DNA of 64,000 nucleotides from Zootoca vivipara. Lineage: Eukaryota. The stretch lies in the NCBI RefSeq assembly GCF_963506605.1, contig NC_083288.1:28086001-28150000 (forward strand), in the 5' to 3' direction. Both the position numbers and the translations under genes were made by a program. A model generated the notes under the pieces. The model ran no database searches and was not told the DNA's origin. It saw only the letters and a list, made by a program, of their open reading frames with translations. Within the stretch, counting starts at the first letter, position 1, and every line of letters begins with the position of its first letter. Positions 1 to 13,122 of this stretch are shown piece after piece.

Positions 1-437
1 GCACTTTCAACATCATCAACCACTTTGCTTGTGAAGTCCTGGGTGTTATCAAGTTAGCTTGCTCAGATACCTTTATCAATGAGATCATGCTTATGGTGGC
101 AGGGGTCATTGTGCTACTCATCCCCTGCATCTTGATAATGCTTTCTTAAGTGTATATAATCCGTGCTATCCTACGCATCCACTCTTCAGAAGGTCGGCAC
201 AGAGCTTTCTCCACATGTTCCTCTCACCTGACTGTTGTCACCTTCTGCTATGGAACAGCTGCATTTGCCTATATGAACCCCAAAACAAACACTTCACCCA
301 ACCAAGACAAGATGTTGGCTTTCGTCTATGCCGTGGTCACTCCAATGCTTAACCCTATCATCTATAGTTTAAGGAACAAGGAAGTCAAAGGAGCCTTGGC
401 TAAAGCAGTAAGGAAAAACATCCCCATAGATAGCTAA
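1..437 (+). pseudogene. Olfactory receptor pseudogene, 3' part (5' end outside window), nonsense codon in TM5
   Basis: Frame from nt 3 reads INHFACEVLGVIKLACSDT...[31 protein letters not shown]...[18 protein letters not shown] at 147-149 replaces the Tyr of the conserved TM5 S-Y motif. Confidence 0.9.
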
Positions 438-1389
438 AGAACCATTTGTAAGAATTTATATAGCAGCATTAAAAGATGTTTAATGGTAATCAGATATTTA
501 ACTGATGCAAGTTCAAAGTCAAATATAAGCTCTATCTGCTCTTGCCTTTGGGAGGCTGGAGGCTGATTAACATATCATGCACAACTCTTAATGAGTCCAC
601 ACAATGACTGGCAATTCAATGTTAACATCTGAACCCATTGGAAAGCATGATGTTGATATAATGCAGTCATAGAATTGTATAGTTGCAAGGAAGCACAAGG
701 GTCATGTAGTCCAACTCCCTGAAATACAGGCAGGAATCTTTCACCCAAAATGGGACTTGATATAAGCAATGTGTGGTGTGAGATTCCAGGGATTCCAGGG
801 ACATACCCAGGGTTCATGTTTCCTTCAGGAATGAGGCACAGTGGAGAATGTATTTAATATATGTGGTTTATTTACACATATATACATTCTGAGCCTATGG
901 CAGAGGGGTTCACAGCATCACCACTCCGAAAGGGTGTTGTTTCTCCCATAGCCACAGCCTTGGTTTCAAACAGACATCAGGCATTGCTCTTGCCTCTGCC
1001 TTCTCCCAACTTGCTGCTTTATATTTGGTTCAAATCACTGCAACTTTCAACTGACTCTTTCTTTCTAACTATTCATGTGTTGCCATTTCCCACAGAGGCA
1101 TTGCTGGTGGGAAAAGATGGGATTTGTAGTTCAATCAAAACAATGTATCTCTGCTGGCAGGCGACAACATAGTATCCTAAGTACTCAGTAGCCATCAATA
1201 TTAAGGGGAAGATGGTTGGATTGCACTGTGGATTGCACACTGCCTTGTTCTAATTATCTTGACTTTCCTGAAATATTGTGCAAACTGTGTTTTAGTGATG
1301 TGCTGAGAATTATTTTACAGGTCCAAATAACCCATAATTTCCCAGCCAGATCTAAAGTTAGCACAGTTACCAAGGAGAGAGTGACTAAT

Positions 1390-2603
1390 TTTATATAAAA
1401 TATTTTTATTAATCTTCAATTAATAACATTCCAATTGATAACAACTCAAATCAAATCTTGCCACATCATAATACAAACAATAAAGCAGTTATGCATTCCA
1501 AATTAAATTTTTAAAGAGGGCTCCCCATGTTCTGGCTGTTGGGAGATAGTTTCTTTCACTTGTTCCTCCTTCCTTCTCTGCCCCCCCCCCCCGGTTTCAT
1601 AATTCGGATCTTAACCCATTGTCTTATCATCACAATCACTGGTGTATGACTTTCCATCTGTTTAATGAATCTATATGTCTAAGAGGCATTTTATTTTGTG
1701 TTGTTATCCGTCAATTGATTTTCAGCGCAGCCCCCCCCCTTTCATTCCACAGTCTCATCTTCAAGGGTCTGGGCTCTCTTCCAGCTCTCCTTCATTTAAT
1801 AAGATTCATGGCGCAGCAATTTTCAGGTCTTTTAACAAGCTGATGTTCCAAATATGAGTCTTCCATAGAAAAACAGTGCCATAGGGTATATTTCACAATC
1901 AGTAATTATTTGTTTCCTCTAGAAGTCAAGCTTGCTCTCCCCCCCCCCCAGGCTCTAGGGGAAGCTCGCAAAGATAAAAAATTCACCCCCCTTTCACATT
2001 AATCCATATATAACAATAATCTATGCAGGAAAATGCAGTTTTGTGTGTGAAATATTCCCCAATTATAATCCATCAATTGTCTTCAGCCCCCCATGAGGGG
2101 AGGTTGTTTCTTTTTCTCCTGCACCACAGCCTGTGACATACGGTATCTGATCTTGTTTTTGCCAGTTCTAATTGGGGCTCTCCACAGAGGACCGCACAGC
2201 CAAGCGTCAAATTCTCTAGTTTTACAGTTTCTTCTGCATTCCATTTAGATAATGGATTCTTTCTTAGTGAGGTTTGCCAAATCATGAAGTAGCAAATGTA
2301 GAAATGTAGAAAAAGAAACAGCCGCTCACCGCACTTAAATTGAAGTACAACGATGAAAGTCCCTTTCAGATCAAAGTCTTGGCACCCAGTGACTGATTTA
2401 TTTAGCAGGTCTTTTTTATCCCCTTCTTTCCAGAACACACCTGTTTCTTAGTCCAAATTTTAATAATTTTTTGAAGAAGAGGGATCCTCCTGCTCATTGT
2501 TATGGCTCTGGAGTGTTTCCAGTTTGTGCAGTGCTCATCACCCAGCGTCCCTGCCCCTGCATTCTGTAGCGAGCAGCAGTTATTGGGCGATCCATGACTG
2601 ACA
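1390..2603 (-). mobile_element. Non-autonomous A-tailed retroposon (~1.2 kb), unclassified
   Basis: 18-bp TSD AAGGAGA(GA/GG)GTGACTAAT at 1372-1389 and 2604-2621. AATAAA and an A-rich tail at the minus-strand 3' end. Absent from the paralogous site in the right arm (~14250-14280). No RT motifs seen. Confidence 0.8.
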
Positions 2604-2818
2604 AAGGAGAGGGTGACTAATAATCACTATAATAAGTATGTGGCATAGACCTGCAGACTAAAACAGAGTTTGAAGAAATAAGCACAGATGATACCCGTTA
2701 AAGATTTTGTGGTTTACTGGGAGAGGATCAAATGGAATAAATTCCAGGAGTATTTGGATTAAGGGGTTTTCTACACGGAATGCATAAGCTGAATACCAAG
2801 TTGTAATATTGAAGAGAC

Positions 2819-3757
2819 TCAGCTGACTTTCCCCATTGCTTTGGCCAAAGCTCCCTTAACGTCCTTATTTCTCAGACTATAAATGATTGGGTTCAGCATG
2901 GGGGAGACCAGAGCATAGAAAACTGAGGCTCTCTTTTCCTGGTCAGCCACACGGTTGGACCGGGGCTGCAAGTAAGTGAAGCCAATGGTGCTGTAGAACA
3001 ATGTGACAACAGTGAGGTGGGTAGCACAGGTGGAGAAAGCTCGTTGCCGTCCCTTTGCTGAATGCATGCTGATCACCACCCTGGCAATGTGGATGTAGGA
3101 GATCACTATGAAGGTGAAAGGCAACATGAGCACAATTACACTCAGGGCAAATATTACGACCTCTGCCAAATAGGTGTCCATGCAGGCCAACTTAAGCATG
3201 GCCGGCAACTCACAATAGAAATGATTGATCTGGTTGGGTCCACAGAAAGGGAAGCTTACTGTGATGGCTGTCAGTGCTGCAGCATTGATGAAGGCACTGA
3301 CCCAGCAGATCCCTGCCATCTTCATGCACATTTGCATTCTCATGATAGTGGGGTATCTCAAAGGGCGACATATGGCTACATAGCGGTCATATGCCATGAA
3401 AGCCAGGATGAAGCACTCAGTCATCCCACAGGACAGAGTCAAGTTGAGTTGGGCCATGCATCTGTTGAAGGTAATGATATTTATCCCAGAGACCAGGTGG
3501 ACAAGCATTTGAGGGACAGTTATCACTGTGAAGAGCATGTCCAGAAAAGAGAGGTTACCAATGAAAAAGTACATGGCTGTGTGTAGGCGTGAGTCAACCC
3601 ACACCAAATAGATGATGAGGCTGTTTCCAAACATGGTAGCCAAAGCTACAGCCAAGCAGAGCACCAAGAGGACTTGCTGCAATGTGGGGTGAGTGGTGAA
3701 GCCAAGAAGAATGAATTCATTCACTGATGTCCAATTCTGTCTCCGCATCTTTCTCAT
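2819..3757 (-). CDS. Olfactory receptor, class II, intact (312 aa)
   Basis: N-glycosylation site [45 protein letters not shown]. Start taken as ATG 3757 (MRKMRRQNWT), just after the splice acceptor ttttatcattgcAG. Confidence 0.95.
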   Translation of the reverse strand: MRKMRRQNWTSVNEFILLGFTTHPTLQQVLLVLCLAVALATMFGNSLIIYLVWVDSRLHTAMYFFIGNLSFLDMLFTVITVPQMLVHLVSGINIITFNRCMAQLNLTLSCGMTECFILAFMAYDRYVAICRPLRYPTIMRMQMCMKMAGICWVSAFINAAALTAITVSFPFCGPNQINHFYCELPAMLKLACMDTYLAEVVIFALSVIVLMLPFTFIVISYIHIARVVISMHSAKGRQRAFSTCATHLTVVTLFYSTIGFTYLQPRSNRVADQEKRASVFYALVSPMLNPIIYSLRNKDVKGALAKAMGKVS

Positions 3758-6700
3758 CAGATACCATCTGCAATGATAAAAGTAACTGTGATGACGGGAA
3801 ATGCTATTTTCAATGCAACACACCTAACCAGGTTGATATCACACAACTCGTATTTCTTGAGAGCTTGTGGTCCGACTGGCCCAAGTCATTTCTTTTTCAC
3901 TGCTTCTGGTTCCTACTGCATATTTCTAAGCAATTTCTGGTGGCTTCTAACGGTCCTGGCTGTCATCTTTACTTATCATACTACAAGCTCATGTATAACT
4001 TAGTCAGCTCTATACTTTATCAATCTATGGGGTATTGAACAGAATTTTGTTTTTTTAATAGATCAAAGTTCCAAATAGCTCAGGACAGCAATACCTAAGG
4101 ACTACCTCTCCCCACTCCTAAGACTCTGTGATCATAACCAGAGGCCCTTCTTCATGTGCCTCTCCCATGAGAGGAACATGAGACTGGGCCTCTTCTGTGG
4201 TGGCTCCCCATTTGTAGAAAGTTCTCCCCAGGGACACCACAGAAAAACTTTCCACTCTAAAAAGGCTTTTAGCCTTTAACTATTTGTGTCCTTTTAGAAG
4301 TGGGTGGGATGTATGTCTTTTTCCTCTTGTTTTTTTTTTAAAAAAATATCTATGTGGACCTATTTGTCTGTCTGTTTGTTTGTTTGCTTGTTTGTTTGTT
4401 TGTTTGTTTGGTTGGTTGGTTGGTTGGATATAAGTCACTTTGGGTTGCCCTAAAAAAATAAAACAACTAATCAATTCAATTAACAATAACAAGAATATGT
4501 TTCTATTTAATAATATAATTTAATAAATGCAATTTATAACAACAACTCTCTCTCTAATGCACTTCTGCAACAGTAACATCTAGTAACCTTGTGTATTCCA
4601 ATCCCTTTTTTTGGCAAGCTTATCCCTGCTAAAATGTCTTATTTAAAATAAAGTAGGGACATCACTTCCTGCAGGGACTGTAGCTCTATTTGGGTATTCA
4701 ATCTCCTCACATGTAAACAAGAACAGGAGGAAAATTAGGGATATGCTACCAAGTCTATACAGTTTAAAGACCTTCACAAATGTGAGGGTAAAGCCTCATC
4801 AAGGCTTCCCGTGATTTTGCTTGGTATTTTGCAGATGTATCTTAAAGCTTTCATAATCTCTTCATAGCCTTAGGCATTTCACTAAAATATCTGACTGCTT
4901 CTTCTGCTCTTTGGTGCAGCAGAAAGGTTCATCAATGCACCAATATTTACACCCTTAGAAAAGCCAGTTGGTGCTTGATGCCCATAGAAAGGGAATGAAT
5001 TAGCTATAACAATCAGCATCTTACTCCTAATCAGCTGCTTTTGGTCCTATTTCAGCTACAGATCCCTGTATAATATTAGTAGTATTGACTCAAAATTGTC
5101 TGATGACTTGCAGTCATTGTGCTGCACTAGTGTGAGGCAGCTCCTTGGTCCCATAGGAAAATATTGGGCTGCAATTGCAATAGTGCTTAGTTTTACTGCT
5201 ATCCCAATCAATCCCTAAACACACCCAACTTTTCTCATATCTGACCTGTCTAGTAAGTTGTGTTTTATTGTTCTTAAACCACAGAAGGATATAAAGACAA
5301 ATCTATTCAACAAACTTTTCAAAATTCATCTTCACATTTCTAAATATTCACAACTCTCCTGACAAATGAGTAGTTATGATTCAAACTCACAATACAATCT
5401 CTGTACAGTCTCTATAAAACTTGTTTTGTATTATTTTTTCTTTGTGGAACTTTGCTTTTTGACCCTGCTCAGCAGACGAAATAAGGGTTGCCACCGGGGT
5501 TAGTTCTACACAAAGTAAACCCATTGGAATAATGGACATGAATTTCTAAACCCTCTGTTTAGAAATAGGTGTCTTTAAAAAGAGAAAATACATTCAAATA
5601 GCATGGGAATGCAGTTGTGTATATGTATTTTTAAATATCTCAGATGAAAGAGATAATTATGCAGAGTTAACATTGGCGAACACATAAACATGCCATAGAG
5701 TGTAGATATCCCTAAGCCAAATCATATTAAGGGCTTTTATATATTGGCAGGGTGACAAAAGGCATTTGAGAAGTGTCTTATACAAACAAACAAATGCTTG
5801 GTACACATTGCCTACATGAGTTCAATGTCATTGGGGAAAAACATACAGTATTTGAGTATGAGAAAGATATACCTTTCCACAATTGCACCAACCTGCCTTT
5901 TGGGTGATCAGTATGGAACTCAACAGAATTAAGTAGCACAAATGTTGGTCCCTATCCAATAATCTGTGGAAGCTCTGACATATTTGTACTTGTGTAGCCT
6001 TCCCCATCTCTTTTAGTATTGAGGCTGAATATTCATATGTAACAGGGGTGCAGCAGATACCCTACAGGGACAAAGAAGCCATTTCTATCAGACCACTGTG
6101 AACATATTCCATGCTGATGCTGCTGTCTCTACCACCACTACCAGTATTAGTAATAATGCATTTTTAAAATTAGAGCAGGGCAAATAGAAGTAGATATATT
6201 CACAAGATTAAAGCTGGATTCCTACCTAGGGTTAAGTTTCATAGACATCAGTAGGATTCATGACATGCATATGATTGTGATGTTAGACATCATACTGACT
6301 AATGGTTACTTAATAAATTTTGTGGATTTTTGTTTCTATTGTGGGGAAGATTTTATTATTATTTTAATTATTGGCAATTTAATACAGCAATCTGCACACT
6401 GGCATGGCTTTATCATAGTCATTGCAGTGCCAAAGAGATTGTCCAACATTAATCTGCCATCAATGTTTGAGATGACTCAAGGAAGGTAGAGCATCTGTTT
6501 TGCACAAAGAAGGTACCAGCTTCAGTCTCCAGGATCTGCACGTTGGTCTGGGAACATCCCATGTCTGAAACGCCAGGAAACCATTGCCTGTCACTGCATG
6601 CATACTGAGCTAGATGGAACAATCCTATATTCCTAGGTGCCACAGGATACAAGTGAATTTTTTTGGCTTTGAAAACCTACCCTGGAACAATTAATCTATC

Positions 6701-6825
6701 CAGTAGACACAATAGTGCTTTGTATGGTTTCTTCTTTAATCCATTTATCAATCCATCACATGTTGAATACCCATTTTCTGTAATTATATTATATTATATT
6801 ATATTACGGTATATTATACATACAT

Positions 6826-6950
6826 ACATACATACATACATACATACATACATACATACCCGGCCCGTCTGGCTGGATTTCCCCAGCCACTCTGGGTGGC
6901 TTCCAACAAAATATTAAATGCAATAGTCTATTAAACATTAAATGCTTCCC
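6826..6950 (-). mobile_element. (TACA)n microsatellite plus short L2-type LINE 3' end
   Basis: CCCGTCTGGCTGG...CCCCAGCCACTCTGGGTGGCTTCC matches the 3' end of the L2 copies at ~38220 and ~61200. Confidence 0.55.
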
Positions 6951-7629
6951 TATATAAGGGGAATTATAAGGAGAAAAAATTCATTCAATTGCCTTAGGAA
7001 AAGAGATTGAGGTCCTAGCTTTACATCAACTCCATGATTCCTTTCACTGGATGAAATAAGATGATGAGTAACATTTAGCAACAGATATTTACATGCTTAT
7101 AACAGTTGTATTCTTTGTATTTCTTAGATACAGTATTTGTCAGCATTGTGCTTGCAGTCTGATAATGAATGGGTTATTTTTTAGTGACTTTTCTCCACTA
7201 ATGCTAGCCTAAATTATAACAAAGAACACAATAGAATAGATGAAGCTTACTTTCAAATTATACCACTTCAGACTACAGGTGGGGTCCCATACAGTGGAAT
7301 TTATTTATTCAACAGTTTTCAAAGCTGATTTTTAAGAAAATAAGTTCTTCGCAAAACAGTTTATTAAAGTACACCAAACAAAATCAACAAAGCAGACTTT
7401 TAAAAACACTTAAATATTCCCTTTCATAATCCACAATACTTTCTTTAAAGTAAGCACAGAACCAACAGGAATGTTTTTCTGGGACGGAACATTTACATGT
7501 TGGGGTGAAGCCTAAGCTTCAATTGACATCTTCCCCTGACATCTAATTCTGTCCATAGAAAAATGGAAACACGTTCAGGCTACCATGCTATACACAGTTA
7601 CCTAGGAGTGTGTCCTATTGAACCTTCTG

Positions 7630-7830
7630 GGTAGTAGCACCCACTCTGTGGAATGCCCTCCCATCAGATGTCAAGGAGATAAGTAACTATACAACTTTTA
7701 GAAGACATCTGAAAGCAGCACTGTATAGAGGAGTTTAAAACACTTAATGTTTGATTATGATTTGGATATGCCGGGAGCTGCTCAGAGTAGTTGGGGCAGC
7801 CCAGTCTGATGGGTGGGGCACTACTACTAC
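7630..7830 (+). mobile_element. L2 LINE 3' fragment (inverted copy at ~11470-11670)
   Basis: Encodes VVAPTLWNALPSDVKEI..., the L2 ORF2 C-terminus. Present in both duplication arms, so it predates the duplication. Confidence 0.7.
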
Positions 7831-8915
7831 TGCTAAATTATTTCAGTGTCACCCCTGAAATATACAGTTATACTGCTGTTATATGGTTTAATTAACAATT
7901 TTATCTGCCCATTGTGAGAACTTGGCAAAATGGATACCTTCTACTTTTAGACATTGTCCACTTGTAAATATGATGAAAATTTGACCATGCAAAGCCACCC
8001 ATGGGATTTACCTGCCATTTATGTAAGATCCATTCCAGCCACTGTCTGTTTCCTCAAGTGCTGGTCATCTGTGCAGAATTTAGTAGCCACAGTCACATAT
8101 AAGGCACAAATAATATCCCTAGTCTTTAAAATTTCTCGGTACATATATTTAAAAAATCACATGAAAATTCTGAAAAAGAAAAAGAAAAATGTCATTGCAT
8201 TTTAAAAAAAAACAATCAAGGGTAAAAATAGCACAATACTTTTATGAAGAGCAACTAAAAGTCACAAAAAAATCCTGCAAGAAAACTGAATGCAGGATGG
8301 TTAGGAAATATTAGATGTTAGAATATCCTTCACACAATTGGAAATAGAAACTTTCTGTAGAGAAGGATACATGACTTAAAATGTATCTTTATAGCTCAAT
8401 AGCACAGACAATATCTTCTGTAGTACAATCAAGGGAAGCTAAAATCTTCCTGGAGTTCTCATCTTGTTAATATGTACTTAGGGATAAGCAGCAGGAAAAT
8501 GAAGTTACGTTTTCAAAATATAAACTTTGCTGAAGAGAACAAATGTTGATGGGAGATAAAAATACATAAACTGCATTGGCTTAAATACATGCAGTTTAAG
8601 GCTGAATACCTGATTTCTTCTTTTTCTTTCTTTTTAATGAAGTGCCTTATATTTTAAATGGCAGGACTTTAATCCCCAAGGAAACTGAAGTCAAGAGACT
8701 GCATGTGTGGTAGGGCTCACCAATGTGGCAATTGCAGGCAAAGTGAAAGCTTCTAGTATATGTTCCCTACAGGATTCATTCCAAACCAGAATTGAATCAG
8801 GTTGATTCGTTGATGATCTAGGCTTTGACCAAGGCTCGATCTACATTGATCTGTAATTTATTCATTTATTTTTTAAAAAAAGTTATATAATGCTCAATGC
8901 ATGGTTACTACAATA

Positions 8916-8918
<3 letters not shown>

Positions 8919-8964
<46 letters not shown>
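8919..8964. repeat. (GT)n microsatellite
   Basis: Direct reading. Confidence 0.95.
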
Positions 8965-8968
<4 letters not shown>

Positions 8969-9179
8969 AAAACACTTTAATCTGATTTTTGATAATCAGG
9001 CTCTACAAACCAGTTCACAAGATATATAAAATGCTATCCAAATACAGAACAACCTAAAACACCAACAATAGTCCCTCTATATATTAAGTAGCAAAGTCCT
9101 TTGGAAAGATGAAATTCTTCAATGCCTGTTCAAAATGTTCACTGCAAAGAAAGCCCAATTATGAATTCCTTGAATGCAT

Positions 9180-9947
9180 TGTATATGGGATCCTCCTTAA
9201 TGAGGGTCCTGGTTGCGCATGGTCCCCTAGGAGAGTTGTTGCCAGGCATGACCCAAGCCTTAACTGTTGGGCCCCAGGATTGTGCTGTTTGGGCCCAGGC
9301 TGTTTGGGCCAATCGGGGCAGTTGGCACGATTCCTGGGGCCTACAAAAGCAGCAGCATAACTGGGGGCACTTGCTTCGCACTGCCGAACACCCTCCCTCC
9401 CTCCCTAATTTTAGGTGCTGCTGCTTTGACCTTGCTTTGGATTGGGTCACCTGCTTTGGAACAGGGGCCAAGTAGGAATTTTCCCATTTGGCTAATTGGC
9501 AGTGACCACTTGGTTTTCGTCTACCCATTTAGCAATCGTCACAACTTTGTAAGGTTTGGCAGTTAGGCATTGTCTTAATGAAGTGTGTCGGAGGGGAGGT
9601 GTGGCCATCACCTGCCCCTCCATGAATAAGGGTATTCCGGTAAAGGAATCTGGGGGACCTGGATTTCGCCCGAAGTCCACTTGAGGGGCTAGGGCCATGC
9701 CAGGACCACAGGAACCCCAGAGTGAGCTTCGGTTGGTCTTCATCGATGTTGCTCCCTCATTTGGTGTTTACCCTTTCAGACTTCCAGCCAGAGAGGCAGG
9801 AGTAAGTTATAGTCTGTTGCCAATGCCTAAGCCAATACCGTTCACTTTGTTGTAATCAATAAAAGTTGTGGCCTAAATTTTGCCCAATAACTTAAACTAA
9901 AATTAAGTTATTTTCAGGGGAAGGGCTTGGAGGCCTCAAAGTGCAAC
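9180..9947 (+). mobile_element. Probable solo LTR in the palindrome spacer
   Basis: CAATAAAAGTTGTGGCC poly(A) signal near the 3' end and CCAAT boxes. A diverged, internally deleted copy lies in reverse orientation at ~47035-47630. No TSD resolved. Confidence 0.6.
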
Positions 9948-10183
9948 TGGAAGGCTGTAAAGGGAAGTTTATCTCAAGTGAGAAGTTCCATTCTGGATGG
10001 AGGTGGATAGCTGGTGTTTTTTCAGCTTTTGTGGATGGCTCATCACAGGAGATCTGAGTGAGAGCAGGAGAGGAAACTTGAGAAGTCAGAGACAGCTAGT
10101 AGCAGCAGCAGTTGCAGTGAGGTGCTGGAATGATAATCAAGCTTTTTCAGATCTTTATCTGAGACCAGAGTGAAAAAAGTTTA

Positions 10184-10425
10184 CAGTGGTACCTCTGGTT
10201 AAGAACTTAATTTGTTCCGGAGGTCCGTTCTTAAGATGAAATTGTTCTTAACCTGAAGCACCACTTTAGCTAATGGGGCCTCCTGCTGCTGCCGTGCCGC
10301 AAGAACACGATTTCTGTTCTCATTCTGAAACAAAGTTCTTAACCTGAGGTACTATTTCTGGGCTAGCGGAGTTTGTAACCTGAAGCGTTTGTAATCTAAA
10401 GTGTTTGTAACCCGAGGTACCACTG
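10184..10425. mobile_element. Tc1/mariner (Tigger/pogo-like) MITE
   Basis: TIRs CAGTGGTACCTC.GGTT / AACCCGAGGTACCACTG. TA TSD at 10182-10183 and 10426-10427. Confidence 0.9.
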
Positions 10426-13122
10426 TACAAAACTGCCTAATTGCTTGTTTACAATGCTTGTTTACAATGTATTGCTTTGTTAATTTTGTTCATGTCATGT
10501 TTACATGTAACTTGTATTTAAGACAATTCTGCAGTAAAGTTTTAAAACTCATTCTTGGGGTAGAAAGGCCCAGATCAGGGATTCTGCTGAACAACTCTAA
10601 CACCATGTAGCACAACCATGAACGATGTACACAATTTTCCAATTTGCATTTTATGACTTCTCTTTTTAAGCTGTCCAGTTTGCACAAAAACAGATGCCAC
10701 AAACAGGCATGCTGATCCATCAACATTTGCCCTCTTCATCAAAGTTTATATTTTGAAAACTTAACTTCATTTCCCTGCTGCTTATCCCTAAGGAACATAT
10801 ATATCAACAAGGTGAGAACTCCACAGAGAGTTTAGCCTCTCTTGATTGTACTACAGAAGATACTGTATTGTCTGTGCTATTGAGCTATAAAGATACATTT
10901 TAAGTCATATATGTTTCTCTGCAGAAAGTTTTTATTTCAGATTGTGCGAAGGATAGTAGATCACCTAATATTTCCTAACCATCCTGCATTCAGTTTTCTT
11001 GCAGGATTTTTTGTGACTTTTCGTTGCTCATCATAAAGGTATTGTGCTATTTTTACTTTTGATATTTTTTAGTGAAACAACTATTTTCTTTTTTCAGAAT
11101 TTTTGTGTGGATTTTTTTATATGTACCAAGAAAAGACTAGGGATATTATTTGTGCTTTATATATGACTGTGGATACTAAGTTCTGCACAGAGGAGCAGCA
11201 GTTGAAGAAACAGACAGTGGCTGGAATGGATCTTACATAAATGGCAGGTAAATCCCATAGGTGGCTTTGCATGGTCAAATTTTCACCATATTTACAAATG
11301 GACAATGTCTAAAAGTAGACGGTGTCCATTTGGCCAAGGTCTCACAATGGGCAGATAAAATGGTTAATTAAACCATATAACAGCAGTATAACTGTATATT
11401 TCAGGGGTGTACCTTTAAAACTACAGATTTCAGGGGTGTACTTTTAAAACCGATGACTCTGAAATAATTTAGCAGTAGTAGTAGTGCCCCACCCATCAGA
11501 TTGGGCTGCCCCAACCACTCTGAGCAGCTTCCAGCGTATCCAAATCATAACAAAACATTTTTGACCCCCCCCCCTATGCAGTGCTGCCTTCAGATGTCTT
11601 CTAAAAGTTGCATAGTTACTTATCTCCTTGACATCTGATGAGAGGGCATTCCACAGAGTGGGTGCTACTACCCAGAAGGTTCAATAGGACACACTCCTAG
11701 GTAACTGTGTATAGCATGGTAGCCTGAACGTGTTTCCATTTTTCTATGGACAGAATTAGATGTCAGGGGAAGATGTCAATTGAAGCTTAGGCTTCACCCC
11801 AACATGTAAATGTTCCGTCCCAGAAAAACATTCCTGTTGGTTCTGTGCTTACTTTAAAGAAAGTATTGTGGATTATGAAAGGGAATATTTAAGTGTTTTT
11901 AAAAGTCTGCTTTGTTGATTTTGTTTGGTGTACTTTAATAAACTGTTTTGCGGAGAACTTTTTTCTTAAAAATCAGCTTTGAAAACTGTTGAATAAATAA
12001 ATTCCACTGTATGGGGCCCCACCTGTTGTCTGAAGTGGTATAATTTGAAAATGAGCTTCATCTCTTCTATTGAGTTCTTTGTCATAATTTAGGCTTGTAT
12101 TTCTAGGGAAAAATCACTAAAAATAGCCCTTTCATAATGAGACTGAAAGCAGGGTGCTGACAAATATCTAAGAAGCAGAAAGAATATAAATGTTAGAGGC
12201 ATGTAAATATTGCTAAATGTTACTCATCATCTTATTTCGTCCAGTGAAAGGAAATCATTGAGTTGATCTATAGCTAGGACCTCAATCTCTTTTCCTAAGG
12301 CAATTGAATGAACTTCTGCTCCTTATAATTCCCCTTATTTACTCAAAATGGGTATGCAATAATAAATGGATGAAAGAAGAAACCATACAGAGCACTATTG
12401 TTTCTACTGGATATATTAATTGTTCCAGGGTAGGTTTTCAACGGCAAAAAAACCTCACTTATATCCTGTGGATCCTAGGAATACTGTATAGGATTGTTCT
12501 ATCTAGCTCAGTATTGTATGTTTTCCTGGAGTTTCAAACAGGAGATGTTCCCAGACCAACATACAGATCCTGAGGACTGAAGCCAGTACCTTCTTTGTGC
12601 AAAACAGATGCTCTACCTTCCTTGAGTCATCTTAAACATTGATGGCAGATTAATGTTCAGCAATCTCTTTAGCGTTGCAATGAATATGATAAAGCCATAC
12701 CAGTGAGCAGATTGGTGTATTAAATTGCCAATAATTAAAATAATAATAAAATAGTGTGAGTTTTGAATCATAACTACTCATTTTTCAGGGGTATTGTGAA
12801 TATTTAGAAATGTGAAGATTAATTTTAAAAGTTTGTTGAATATATTTGTCTTTATATCCTTCTGTGGCTTAAGAACAATAAAACACAACTTACTAGACAG
12901 GTCAGATATGAGAAAAGTTGGGTGTGTTTAGGGATTGATTGGGATAGCAGTAAAACTAAGCACTATTGCAATTGCAGCCCAATATTTTCCTATGGGACCA
13001 AGGAGCTGCCTCACACTAGTGCAGCACAATGTGTTGTGTGATATCAGCCTTGTTAGGTGTATTGCATTGAAATCAGCATTTGCTGTAATCACAGTTACTT
13101 TTATCATTGCAGATGGTATCTG

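Larger units (their letters stand above)
523..8552. repeat. Left arm of inverted segmental duplication (partner 10717-15217)
   Basis: Reverse-complement matches at the outer end (ATATAAGCTCTATCTG at 523 vs CAGATAGAGCTTATAT ending 15217), the inner end (ATGTTGATGG ending 8552 vs CCATCAACAT at 10717), and across the OR gene and flanks. Confidence 0.92.
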
